Virus record (IMG/VR): IMGVR_UViG_3300007539_009079
Reading direction: 5' to 3' (one strand)
From: an uncultured virus (IMG/VR IMGVR_UViG_3300007539_009079)
Lineage: Duplodnaviria > Heunggongvirae > Uroviricota > Caudoviricetes
DNA length: 64,000 bases
The first letter of the stretch is position 1. Every line of letters begins with the position of its first letter. A program made the translations under genes and the position numbers. Below, piece after piece: positions 51,673 through 64,000 of this stretch. A model generated the notes under the pieces. The model was not told the origin of the DNA. It searched no databases and was given only the letters and a program-made list of their open reading frames with translations.

Positions 51673-54188
51673 TGCCTACAAATCCTTATTTCAATCATTT
51701 TCAAAATACAGCAGAACAAAATTTACATCAAGATTTAATTATCGAATCGATAAAAAATTTTGGAATTGATGTATACTACTTACCTAGAACTTTAGTTAAT
51801 TTAGATAATTTATATTTAGAAGATACGATATCTTCATTCAGCAATGCACATCTTATTGAAATGTATGTTAAATCGGTTGAAGGTTTTGAAGGTGATGGTG
51901 ATTTTATTTCTAGATTCGGTTTAGAAATTCGTGATCAAGTTACTTTTTCGGTTGCAAGAAGAAGATGGGATAATTTAGAAATTTTAGATTATGTTCGTCC
52001 TAAAGAAGGAGATTTAATATTTTTTCCATTGAATAAAAAATTATATGAAATTAAATTTGTAGAACATGAATCAGTTTTTTATCAATTTGGAAAATTACCC
52101 ATATATGATTTGACTTGTGAATTATTTCAATATGATGATCAAGCAATTGACACTGGAATTGATGATATTGATAGTATTGAGGAACGATATTCCTATACAT
52201 TAGAATATAAATATGCCATCGGAAATACTGCAATAATCAGTCCTGTATTAACGGATTATAGTATAACAAGAGTTAATTTTATAGATAAAGGATCCGGCTA
52301 CTTCAGCATTCCTAATATTTCCATATCAGATCCAGATTTATCTCCAACTGCCGCACAATTAACGCCTGTTATAAACAATAAGAGTTTACAGGAATTAACT
52401 GTAACGAATTACGGTGTATACTATACTGAAAATCCTATTATTACCATAAGCAGTCCGGGAGATTCTGTTAATGCTACGGCAACATCGAACATAACTTCTA
52501 ATGCAGTTTCTGAGGTTGAAATTGTTAATTCGGGAAGTTTTTATAATGTTGCGCCAATAATTACTGTCGATCAACCAACCGCTCCGTACGTTACTGCAAC
52601 GGCAGTTGCATCTTTATCTACCAATACAATTTCAGGAATATCATATATTTCATCTATTACTATGAATGAAGTTGGAACATATTATACAGATGTTCCTAAT
52701 GTGACAATAGAGGATACAATATCGTTACCTGATAATTGGACGACTGATAGTAAATTCGGAAATTATTCATATCAATTAGGTAAATCGGATAATTCAGATT
52801 TTAATTTAAAACTTTTTAGAAGTGATTATGATTCATCATTAAATTATGGTGGAAGTTTTTCTTTTTGGTTTAAATATGATCAAAATTTACATGTCGATTC
52901 TGGTATATCTGATGTTAATATATTTGAGTTTAAAAATAATAGTTTCACACAGAGTGTAATATCTATATTTGATAATACAGGAGTAATTAAATTCACAACT
53001 TATGATACATCTTTAACATCATATCATTTTCCTACATGTCCTAGTACAAGTATTTTAGATGGAAACTGGCATTTTTTACAATTCATAAAAAGTCGAAATG
53101 GTTTCAGCAGTTCTAATTTAAAAATAATAGTGGATGGTTCTGAAATTGTTAACTATTTAGCACCTTTTAATGGTGTATGGACCGAAGAATGGTTTACAAA
53201 TTACAATACATCATCAGGTGATGGTGGGATAGTAATAAAAAATGCAACTTCTAAAGGATTTTTAATAGATGATATCTATTATGATGGTGTTAATTTTAGC
53301 ACATTATCAATTCCAAATACTACTAGAAGTTATCACATAGATGATGTTGATAATTATAGAATAAATTATGAGGGGTTTGACAAAAAAGAAGTTAGCTTAA
53401 CACCAGTTGTGAGTAATGGAAGAATTACCTCAATGATTATCAATGATTCTGGAGAATATTATGCAACTGTTCCTGCAATTACTATTGAAACATCAACTGG
53501 AACAAAAGTCGATTTCACATCACAGGTTGTTGCTACAATAAACGATGGATATGTTGATACTATGACTATTGTTGATTCTGGAGATTTTTATCAAAGTATT
53601 CCAAATATATCAATTGAATCTCCTACCGGAACTTACGATGATTTTTCAAATATTAATGCAACAGCGACAGCAACATATAATTCAGATAAAGGAATTATTG
53701 ATAATATTACCATAACAAATCCCGGTAAATTTTATTATACAACTCCTACAGTAACAGTTTCGGATCCAACAGGCATTGCTCAAGATTATAGAGCATCAAT
53801 GACAGCGAGTTTAAATGCGGACGGATCAATAAAATCAATAGATATTGATGATAGAGGATACGGATATTCAATTACACCTACAATTACAATTGATGCTCCC
53901 CTATCAGGAATATCAAAAGGAGATGTTGTTATTGGAAATGATTCGAATGTAAAAGGAGAAGTTTCTTTAAGAGATTCTACAAAAATTCAAATAATTAATT
54001 CGGGCGGTTCTTTCAATGATAACGAATTTATTAAGACAAGTACCGGACATGGATTGAGGGTTTATGATCAATCAGATGATCAAAATTTTATAACAGATAA
54101 TATGGCACAAAATCAAGAAATAGAAAAAGAAGCAGATTCTATCATAGATTTTTCAGAAACAAATCCTTTTAGTGAATCAAATTATTAA
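51672..54188 (+). CDS. gp14: Neck protein gp14 with a large repeat/LamG-like insertion
   Basis: NPYF..EQNL..ESIK..DVYYLPR..IEMY..RPKEGDLIFFP..ELF; C-terminal DFSETNPF. Confidence 0.9.
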   Translation: MPTNPYFNHFQNTAEQNLHQDLIIESIKNFGIDVYYLPRTLVNLDNLYLEDTISSFSNAHLIEMYVKSVEGFEGDGDFISRFGLEIRDQVTFSVARRRWDNLEILDYVRPKEGDLIFFPLNKKLYEIKFVEHESVFYQFGKLPIYDLTCELFQYDDQAIDTGIDDIDSIEERYSYTLEYKYAIGNTAIISPVLTDYSITRVNFIDKGSGYFSIPNISISDPDLSPTAAQLTPVINNKSLQELTVTNYGVYYTENPIITISSPGDSVNATATSNITSNAVSEVEIVNSGSFYNVAPIITVDQPTAPYVTATAVASLSTNTISGISYISSITMNEVGTYYTDVPNVTIEDTISLPDNWTTDSKFGNYSYQLGKSDNSDFNLKLFRSDYDSSLNYGGSFSFWFKYDQNLHVDSGISDVNIFEFKNNSFTQSVISIFDNTGVIKFTTYDTSLTSYHFPTCPSTSILDGNWHFLQFIKSRNGFSSSNLKIIVDGSEIVNYLAPFNGVWTEEWFTNYNTSSGDGGIVIKNATSKGFLIDDIYYDGVNFSTLSIPNTTRSYHIDDVDNYRINYEGFDKKEVSLTPVVSNGRITSMIINDSGEYYATVPAITIETSTGTKVDFTSQVVATINDGYVDTMTIVDSGDFYQSIPNISIESPTGTYDDFSNINATATATYNSDKGIIDNITITNPGKFYYTTPTVTVSDPTGIAQDYRASMTASLNADGSIKSIDIDDRGYGYSITPTITIDAPLSGISKGDVVIGNDSNVKGEVSLRDSTKIQIINSGGSFNDNEFIKTSTGHGLRVYDQSDDQNFITDNMAQNQEIEKEADSIIDFSETNPFSESNY

Positions 54189-54538
54189 GATTTAGTTGAC
54201 TCTCCAATTACAGTGATCATTCCATTTACAATTTTTTCAACAGTAATATTATCCGATTGCGTATATTCTACATCATAAATATATAATCCTGGTTCCATAA
54301 TTGAAGTGTTGCTTGCGGCTGCGGATATTTTAACATTGCTACCACTTATTTCGGTAGTAAATGTTAAAATATGAGAAGAATTTGTAGTGGTGTGATTTTT
54401 TCTCATTTGTGAGGCGCATGTACCTGAAGATAATGTTACAGAAAAATCATTCTTATCTTTTGCGGTAAACGTTTTTTCAAACGTTGCCCCTTGATACATT
54501 GTTAAATTTTGTCCTTGAGTTTTAATTGATATTGTCAT
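54185..54538 (-). CDS. Small virion protein with a beta-sandwich-like pattern
   Basis: NLTMYQGATF..SQMRK..GLYIYDVE..GMITV; start corrected to ATG 54538, just after a late promoter. Confidence 0.7.
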   Translation of the reverse strand: MTISIKTQGQNLTMYQGATFEKTFTAKDKNDFSVTLSSGTCASQMRKNHTTTNSSHILTFTTEISGSNVKISAAASNTSIMEPGLYIYDVEYTQSDNITVEKIVNGMITVIGESTKS

Positions 54539-54543
54539 GTAAC

Positions 54544-54561
54544 TATTTATAAAACTAAATA
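54544..54561. promoter_or_regulatory. Back-to-back late promoters
   Basis: TATAAATA on - (54551-54544) and ACTAAATA on + (54554-54561). Confidence 0.7.
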
Positions 54562-54589
54562 ATACAAACATGCAAAAATATGGAGAAAA

Positions 54590-55510
54590 ATGTTAGGTCA
54601 AACTTTTTATCATCAAACAATTAGAAAGTATGTTGCATTATTTGGAACTTTGTTTAATGATATCAGTATACAAAAAAGAAATTCTAGTGGCGAATTATTG
54701 TCAAAAATAAAAGTCCCTATTGCATATGGACCGAAACAAAAATTTTTGAACAGAATACAAAATGATCCTAATTTAGATCAACAAATATCGATAAAATTAC
54801 CTAGAATTGGTTTTGAAATGTCTGGAATAAATTATGATCCAGAAAGAAAATTAAATCCTATTGGTAAAATAATAAAAAAAGATTATGATAATGGAAATAA
54901 AATTTTAAGAACATTATATAATCCAAATCCTTATACTATTGATTTTAGTTTGTTTTCATTTGTAGATAATGCTGAAGATGGTACACAAATTTTAGAACAA
55001 ATTTTACCTTATTTTACTCCTGAATTTACTGTTAGTGTTAACATTATAACTGAAATGGGTTTAAAATTAGATGTTCCCATAGTCTTAAATTCGGCATCCG
55101 TTGAGGATGATTATTCTGGTGATTTTTTACAAAGAAGAGCAATTATATGGACTCTAGAATTTACTATGAAAGGATTTCTATATCCAGAAGTCAAATCTTC
55201 AGATAAAATTATTAAATCCATATCAGTTAATTTTAGAAATATGGATCAAGAAACTACTGAAAAATCTATTTTGAATTATTTTAATTTAGAAGAATCAAAT
55301 AATTATAATAATGTTAAATTTAAGCTAGAAAATGATGATTTATTTTTATTCGAAGATAGTGATGAAAAACTATCTGGAAAAAATATTATAAGTAATATTG
55401 ATATTGTTCCTTATGGTGAAACAAATGATAAGACGAACAATATTAAAAAATTAACTATTTTTAATCCATCAGCATCATATGATGCTGATACAAATGAATT
55501 TGAACAATGA
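54590..55510 (+). CDS. gp15: Tail sheath stabiliser/terminator gp15
   Basis: FYHQTIRKYVALFGTLFNDI..VPIAYGPKQKF..LPRIGFE..QILEQILPYF.P..WTLEF. Confidence 0.95.
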   Translation: MLGQTFYHQTIRKYVALFGTLFNDISIQKRNSSGELLSKIKVPIAYGPKQKFLNRIQNDPNLDQQISIKLPRIGFEMSGINYDPERKLNPIGKIIKKDYDNGNKILRTLYNPNPYTIDFSLFSFVDNAEDGTQILEQILPYFTPEFTVSVNIITEMGLKLDVPIVLNSASVEDDYSGDFLQRRAIIWTLEFTMKGFLYPEVKSSDKIIKSISVNFRNMDQETTEKSILNYFNLEESNNYNNVKFKLENDDLFLFEDSDEKLSGKNIISNIDIVPYGETNDKTNNIKKLTIFNPSASYDADTNEFEQ

Positions 55511-55851
55511 AAATATTTTTATTATTATTTTTAATTTTGTTTTTGTCTGGATGTACAAAAACACCAAAGAAAAAAAATTATCCATGGGATTCATCAATAA
55601 TACAATATGCAATGATTAGTTGCAATAAAAGCATAAGAGAAGTATATGATAAAAAATTGAAAAATGAAGGTAAAATATGGAGCAATAGTAAATCAATGAA
55701 ATATTGTAATTGCTCGGTTAATGAATTAAGAACGATGATAAACCATGATGAATTTTTAATTAAAATGCGAGAAAAAAAACTAGGATCTGAATTAAAAAAA
55801 TCTGGAGATGTTTGTAAATCATTACATGGTAATTGGTATGAGGAAAAATGA
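55507..55851 (+). CDS. Predicted lipoprotein
   Basis: MKIFLLLFLILFLSG-C lipobox; four further Cys (C..CNC..C). Confidence 0.7.
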   Translation: MKIFLLLFLILFLSGCTKTPKKKNYPWDSSIIQYAMISCNKSIREVYDKKLKNEGKIWSNSKSMKYCNCSVNELRTMINHDEFLIKMREKKLGSELKKSGDVCKSLHGNWYEEK

Positions 55852-56252
55852 AAGATCTTCCAAATAAATTAGACGAACTATTAGATATTTCTAATAATGT
55901 GCAGTTGATAAAAGACCCTATAGAGAGAATTGAGGTTAAGACGGATGAACATGATGTGGATAATGATTACAAATATGCCAGAGATAATTATTATAATATA
56001 ATAGAGCGAGGTCATGATGCCATTGATGAATTGATGCAGGAGGCAAAGGATAGTGGAAATGCTAGAATGTATGAAGTTCTTGGTCAATTAATAAAAACGG
56101 TTGGAGAACAAAACCAAAGTTTGTTGAACATGCACAGGCAAATGAAAGACATAAAGCAAGAAGTTAAAAAAGGACCAAACAATGTAACAAATGCTTTGTT
56201 CATAGGAAGTACAGCGGAGTTACAGAAAATGTTAAAGGAAAAGGAAAAGTAA
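55848..56252 (+). CDS. gp16: Terminase small subunit gp16
   Basis: DYKYARDN..IERG..RMYEVLGQLIK..NALFIGSTAELQKML. Confidence 0.92.
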   Translation: MKDLPNKLDELLDISNNVQLIKDPIERIEVKTDEHDVDNDYKYARDNYYNIIERGHDAIDELMQEAKDSGNARMYEVLGQLIKTVGEQNQSLLNMHRQMKDIKQEVKKGPNNVTNALFIGSTAELQKMLKEKEK

Positions 56253-59817
<3,565 letters not shown>

Positions 59818-59824
59818 AATAAAA

Positions 59825-59878
59825 TATTTATATTAAGATAAATAAATGACCATTTTAAAAATGATATTTTCATAAATA
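59825..59878. promoter_or_regulatory. Divergent late promoters for the HNH gene and gene 18
   Basis: TATAAATA on - (59832-59825); GATAAATA (59837-59844) and CATAAATA (59871-59878) on +. Confidence 0.7.
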
Positions 59879-59917
59879 TATTCAGTTAGCATTTAACAAT
59901 ATATACTAGGAGAAAGT

Positions 59918-62254
59918 ATGGCTTTTATGGTTAGTCCAGGTGTGTCAGTTGCAGAAATAGATTTGACTACCAGAGTTCCAATTCCTTCTACGTCAGTAGG
60001 AGCACATGCTGGTCTTTTTAAATGGGGTCCAGTAGAAGAAATTGTTTCCGTTGTCGATTCCGATGATTTGAAAATGAAATTCGGTAAATCCGATTTGAAT
60101 ACCTATGATTCTTTTTTAACATGTAGTTCTTTTTTATCTTATTCAAATAATTTAAAAGTTGTCAGAGCAAGTAACACAACAGTATCATTAAATTCATCAA
60201 CAAATGGTAATGGATTTTTAATCAAAAATGTTAAAGATTATGAATTAAATTATCCGAATGGTTTAGTCGGTAGTAATAGAAATTTTATTGCGAAATATCC
60301 AGGACAATTGGGAGATTCTTTAAGAACAAGTATGTGTTTGCCTGATAGAGCAAATACCACAGCGACTGCTGAAGGTACTGTGACTCTTTCTGCAAATGTA
60401 CAAATTGAATTGACAGGAACCTTTTCGGCACAACAAAATTCAAACACTTTTACCGGTTCACAATCTAGTGTTAGTTCACAACTTTGTGTAGGTGATGTTG
60501 TAGAAATTTTTAACGGTACAAAAGGTATTGTTACATCTGTAGCAAATACAACATCTTTTGATGCTGTAAGATATGATACTACTGTTTCTGGTAATCAAAC
60601 AATAAATTTATTTGGAGCATCTTCTGTCGATGCAGGAAATACAGTTATAAGACACTCTAGATCTGCTTTTGAGGAAAGTTCTGATAACATGTTTGGAACA
60701 CTGGATATTCCGGCAGGATCTAAAGTTGTTACCGGATCATATACATTTTTCAGATATCAATTAAATGTCGGAGATATTTTGACATTTACTGATAGTACAA
60801 ATCAAAGTGTTAGAAGAAGAGTAGATTCTATTGAAAGCGATTTGGCACTAACATTATCAGAACCTGTTGATCGTCTAGTTAGTTCTTCAACATATTCTAG
60901 AGAGTGGGAATATAGATCAAATTTTGACAATCCACCTTTAACTTCTGCCTTTGCTTTAAAGACAACTGGTAATAAAGATACATTAGATGAAATACATGTA
61001 ATTGTTGTTGACGAAGATGGAGATATAACAGGAATTCCAGATAGAAGAGGTAGAGGGACAACAAAAACCAGTGTGTCGGTTTTAGAAAGATACCCTAATT
61101 TATCAGTAGCGAAAAATGCACTATCTACAACAGATGGAACTTCAATTTATTATCCTGATGTGATAAGTAATAAATCTGCTTGGGTATGGTTTGGAGGTCA
61201 CGATAATATCGGAGATGAAAGATCCATTGATGGTGTTACATTATCTTTGGATTGGGGCACGACTTTACAAAACTCTACAACTCTACCGTTTAATGGTTTT
61301 CATAATTCTTCAGTTACAAATTTTGCACAAGGAACCGTCTCAGAAAGTTTAGGTGGAGGAGTAGACGGCAATGATGTAATTGGATCTGGAGAAATCATGA
61401 ATGCTTACAATATGTTTAGAAATCCAGAAGATGTTGATATATCATTAATTGTAACAGGTCAAATTCAGGACGAGATATCAGTGTATATAATTAACGAAAT
61501 TTGTGAGTTTAGAAAAGATTGTGTGGCTTTTGTTTCGCCAAGATATGAAGATTTTGCTACCACTGGTCAGGAAACAGCTAATATTGTAGCAAGAAGAAAA
61601 AATTTACCAAGTTCTAGTTATGCGGTCATGGACGGCAACTACAAATATATGTTCGATAGATTTTCTGGAGTTTTCAGATATGTACCTTTAAATGGTGATA
61701 TTGCTGGAATATGTGCCCAGGCTGATACAATTAATCCATATGTATCTCCTGCAGGTTTTAATAGAGGTAATGTAAAAAATGTGACAAAATTGGCATTTAA
61801 TCCCAACAATGCTGATAGAGATTTGTTGTATGCTAATGGAATAAATCCTGTTATTTCATTGCCAGGAGGCGGTACTATACTATTTGGCGATAAAACATTG
61901 TTGGCAAGGCCTTCCGCATTTGATAGGATTAATGTGAGAAGATTATTCATCATTTTAGAAAAAGCAATCGCTAATGCTGCACAATTTTCATTATTTGAAT
62001 TTAATGATGCTTTTACAAGAGCAAGTTTTGTTAGTTTAGTTGAGCCGTTTCTACGTGAAGTAAAATCTAGAAGGGGTATTACAGATTATAAAGTTGTTTG
62101 TGATGCAACAAATAATCCTCCTAATGTTGTAGACAGAAATGAATTTAGGGGAGATATTTTTATAAAACCCAGTAGATCAATTAACTTTATTAATTTGAAT
62201 TTTGTTGCTGTTGCAACAGGAGTAGAATTTAACGAAGTAATAAACGCAATTTAA
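59918..62254 (+). CDS. gp18: Tail sheath protein gp18
   Basis: SPGVSVAEIDLT..FKWGP..SPAGFNRG..LFGDKTL..FDRINVRRLF..FEFND. Confidence 0.98.
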   Translation: MAFMVSPGVSVAEIDLTTRVPIPSTSVGAHAGLFKWGPVEEIVSVVDSDDLKMKFGKSDLNTYDSFLTCSSFLSYSNNLKVVRASNTTVSLNSSTNGNGFLIKNVKDYELNYPNGLVGSNRNFIAKYPGQLGDSLRTSMCLPDRANTTATAEGTVTLSANVQIELTGTFSAQQNSNTFTGSQSSVSSQLCVGDVVEIFNGTKGIVTSVANTTSFDAVRYDTTVSGNQTINLFGASSVDAGNTVIRHSRSAFEESSDNMFGTLDIPAGSKVVTGSYTFFRYQLNVGDILTFTDSTNQSVRRRVDSIESDLALTLSEPVDRLVSSSTYSREWEYRSNFDNPPLTSAFALKTTGNKDTLDEIHVIVVDEDGDITGIPDRRGRGTTKTSVSVLERYPNLSVAKNALSTTDGTSIYYPDVISNKSAWVWFGGHDNIGDERSIDGVTLSLDWGTTLQNSTTLPFNGFHNSSVTNFAQGTVSESLGGGVDGNDVIGSGEIMNAYNMFRNPEDVDISLIVTGQIQDEISVYIINEICEFRKDCVAFVSPRYEDFATTGQETANIVARRKNLPSSSYAVMDGNYKYMFDRFSGVFRYVPLNGDIAGICAQADTINPYVSPAGFNRGNVKNVTKLAFNPNNADRDLLYANGINPVISLPGGGTILFGDKTLLARPSAFDRINVRRLFIILEKAIANAAQFSLFEFNDAFTRASFVSLVEPFLREVKSRRGITDYKVVCDATNNPPNVVDRNEFRGDIFIKPSRSINFINLNFVAVATGVEFNEVINAI

Positions 62255-62269
62255 TAGGAGAATTAAAAA

Positions 62270-62875
62270 ATGGCTTTCAATGTTTCTACTTTTAGAGAAA
62301 AATTGGCATGGGATGGAGCGAGACCTAATTTATTTGAAGTTATAATTCCTAAAAAAAATCAATGGTTCAATGAATCCGACGGTGATCTTAAATTTTTATG
62401 CAAAGCTGCATCTATTCCTGGTTCTACCATAGGAACTGTTGTAGTTCCATACATGGGTAGAGAAATAAAATTAGCAGGAAATAGAACTTTTGCTGATTGG
62501 ACTATTACTGTGATAAATGATGAGAATTTTTCTTACAGATCGGAATTTGAGTTTTGGATGGAGGGTATAAATACACATACAGGAAATTATAGAACTGGAA
62601 ATGGTGGGGTTAATGATTATGTGATTGATAGTGTAACTGTTAATCAAATATCAAAGGCTGCTGATGGTGATGATGCTAATATATTGAGATCTTATCTATT
62701 TCATGGAATGTTTCCTATTGATATAAGCGAAATAACTCTTGATTGGGGAGATAATGATTCGATTGAGGAATTTACAGTTACTTTCGCATACGATTATTGG
62801 ACCGCTGAAGGAGGCAATGGTCCTACAGCAACAACTAAAACCGGTCCTGCGCAACAAGATGTAGGTGGTCTTTAA
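62270..62875 (+). CDS. gp19: Tail tube protein gp19
   Basis: GARPNLFEV..FLCKAASIPGS..GREIKLAGNRTFADWTITVINDE..IEEFTVTFAYDYW. Confidence 0.97.
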   Translation: MAFNVSTFREKLAWDGARPNLFEVIIPKKNQWFNESDGDLKFLCKAASIPGSTIGTVVVPYMGREIKLAGNRTFADWTITVINDENFSYRSEFEFWMEGINTHTGNYRTGNGGVNDYVIDSVTVNQISKAADGDDANILRSYLFHGMFPIDISEITLDWGDNDSIEEFTVTFAYDYWTAEGGNGPTATTKTGPAQQDVGGL

Positions 62876-62896
62876 TAATATTAATATTATTTTTTT

Positions 62897-62952
62897 CTGA
62901 TTTTGCAAGTGAATAAATAAAACAGTAATATTTTATTCACTTGCATTCAGGA
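62897..62952 (+). promoter_or_regulatory. Stem-loop containing a late promoter, adjacent to the gene 20 RBS
   Basis: 14-bp arms TGCAAGTGAATAAA (62904-62917) and TTTATTCACTTGCA (62932-62945); AATAAATA at 62912-62919; AGGA at 62949-62952. Confidence 0.8.
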
Positions 62953-62958
62953 ATAAAC

Positions 62959-64000
62959 ATGGCTATTGATATATTTGGTTTTACTATTGGAAAAAAACAA
63001 AAAGATGAAGTAAAAGTTAAATCATTTGCTGAAGTTGAAAATGATGATGGTTCCGTGACGGTTGCATCTGGTGGTGTCTATGGTACATACATTGATACCG
63101 AAGGCGCTATAAAAAGTGAAACGGAATTAATCAATCGTTATAGAGATATGTCATTACAGGCAGAAGTTGAAAATGCTATAGATGATATCATTAATGAAGC
63201 AATTATTTCAGTAAAAGATAAACCAATAGTTGATATAAAATTAGATAATTTAAATTTATCTGATAATATTAAAGAAAAAATAAAAATTGAATTCAAAGAG
63301 TTGACAAAACTTCTTGATTTTCAAAATTTAGGATATGATCTTTTTAGAAGATGGTATATTGATGGGAGAATTTATTATCATGTTATTATAGATGATAAAA
63401 ATCCTAAAAAAGGTATTTTTGAATTAAGATTATTAGATCCTCGCAAAATTAAAAAAATTAGAGAAAATCAAACCATAAAACTTCCAAACGGTTCTTCTCA
63501 AAAACAAATACAAGAATACTATGTTTATAATGAAAAAGGAATTTATCAGGCACAAGGTCAAACCATAGGTACAGCATTCACAAATGCGGCTTCAGGTTTA
63601 AAAATTTCTATTGATTCAATAGTATATTGTCATTCCGGGTTATTAAACTCCACAAAATCATTAGTTTTATCATTTTTACATAAAGCTATCAAACCTTTAA
63701 ATATGTTAAGAATGATTGAAGATTCATTGGTCATTTATCGTATATCTAGAGCTCCCGAAAGAAGAATTTTTTATGTTGATGTCGGGAATCTTCCCAAAGT
63801 TAGAGCAGAACAGTATATGCGTGATCTAATGGCAAGATATAAGAATAAATTAGTATATGATGCAAATACAGGTGAAATTCGTGATGATAGAAAACATATG
63901 TCCATGCTTGAGGATTATTGGATGCCTAGAATGGAAGGAGGTAGGGGAACTGAAGTTACAACATTACCAGGAGGACAAAATTTAGGTGATATTGAAGATG
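62959..64000 (+). CDS. gp20: Portal vertex protein gp20 (partial; runs off the window; not in the ORF track)
   Basis: MAIDIFGFTIG..ELINRYRDM..FRRWYIDGR..LHKAIKPLNMLRMIEDSLVIYRISRAPERRIFYVDVGNLPK..TLPGGQNLG. Confidence 0.97.
   Translation, partial: MAIDIFGFTIGKKQKDEVKVKSFAEVENDDGSVTVASGGVYGTYIDTEGAIKSETELINRYRDMSLQAEVENAIDDIINEAIISVKDKPIVDIKLDNLNLSDNIKEKIKIEFKELTKLLDFQNLGYDLFRRWYIDGRIYYHVIIDDKNPKKGIFELRLLDPRKIKKIRENQTIKLPNGSSQKQIQEYYVYNEKGIYQAQGQTIGTAFTNAASGLKISIDSIVYCHSGLLNSTKSLVLSFLHKAIKPLNMLRMIEDSLVIYRISRAPERRIFYVDVGNLPKVRAEQYMRDLMARYKNKLVYDANTGEIRDDRKHMSMLEDYWMPRMEGGRGTEVTTLPGGQNLGDIED

Noticed and set aside
54539..54571. Extended N-terminus of the 128-aa minus-strand ORF
   Set aside because: It spans the late promoter; ATG 54538 is the better start

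Overview
A 64-kb, AT-rich (roughly 30% GC by eye), almost fully coding segment of a large T4-like myovirus genome, with a gene layout like marine T4-like phages. From the left it carries a divergent unknown gene pair, then a sigma70-driven cluster of multidomain glycosyltransferases (GT4, FkbM methyltransferase, GT25-like, GT2, GT4 and a TibC/Aah-type protein O-heptosyltransferase) coupled to a ClpP-like protease and genes 33, 59 and 32. Next comes a minus-strand tail module (gp4, gp2, gp54-like, gp26-like, gp51-like, tape measure), followed by the plus-strand baseplate, neck, packaging and tail operon (two gp48, gp53, hub, gp5, gp25, gp6, gp7, gp8, DUF4815/VrlC-like, fibre, gp13-19, partial gp20). 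The most notable signals are: (1) a probable -1 ribosomal frameshift on a U8 run joining the two genes upstream of the tape measure, where the 13 nt just 3' of the slip site are perfectly complementary to the same gene's ribosome-binding region about 740 nt upstream; (2) a phage-encoded protein-glycosylation assembly line built around a heptosyltransferase; (3) a hairpin at the portal gene with a late promoter in one arm and the RBS beside the other; (4) several apparently leaderless late transcripts. All protein calls come from motif recognition and synteny; no database searches were run.
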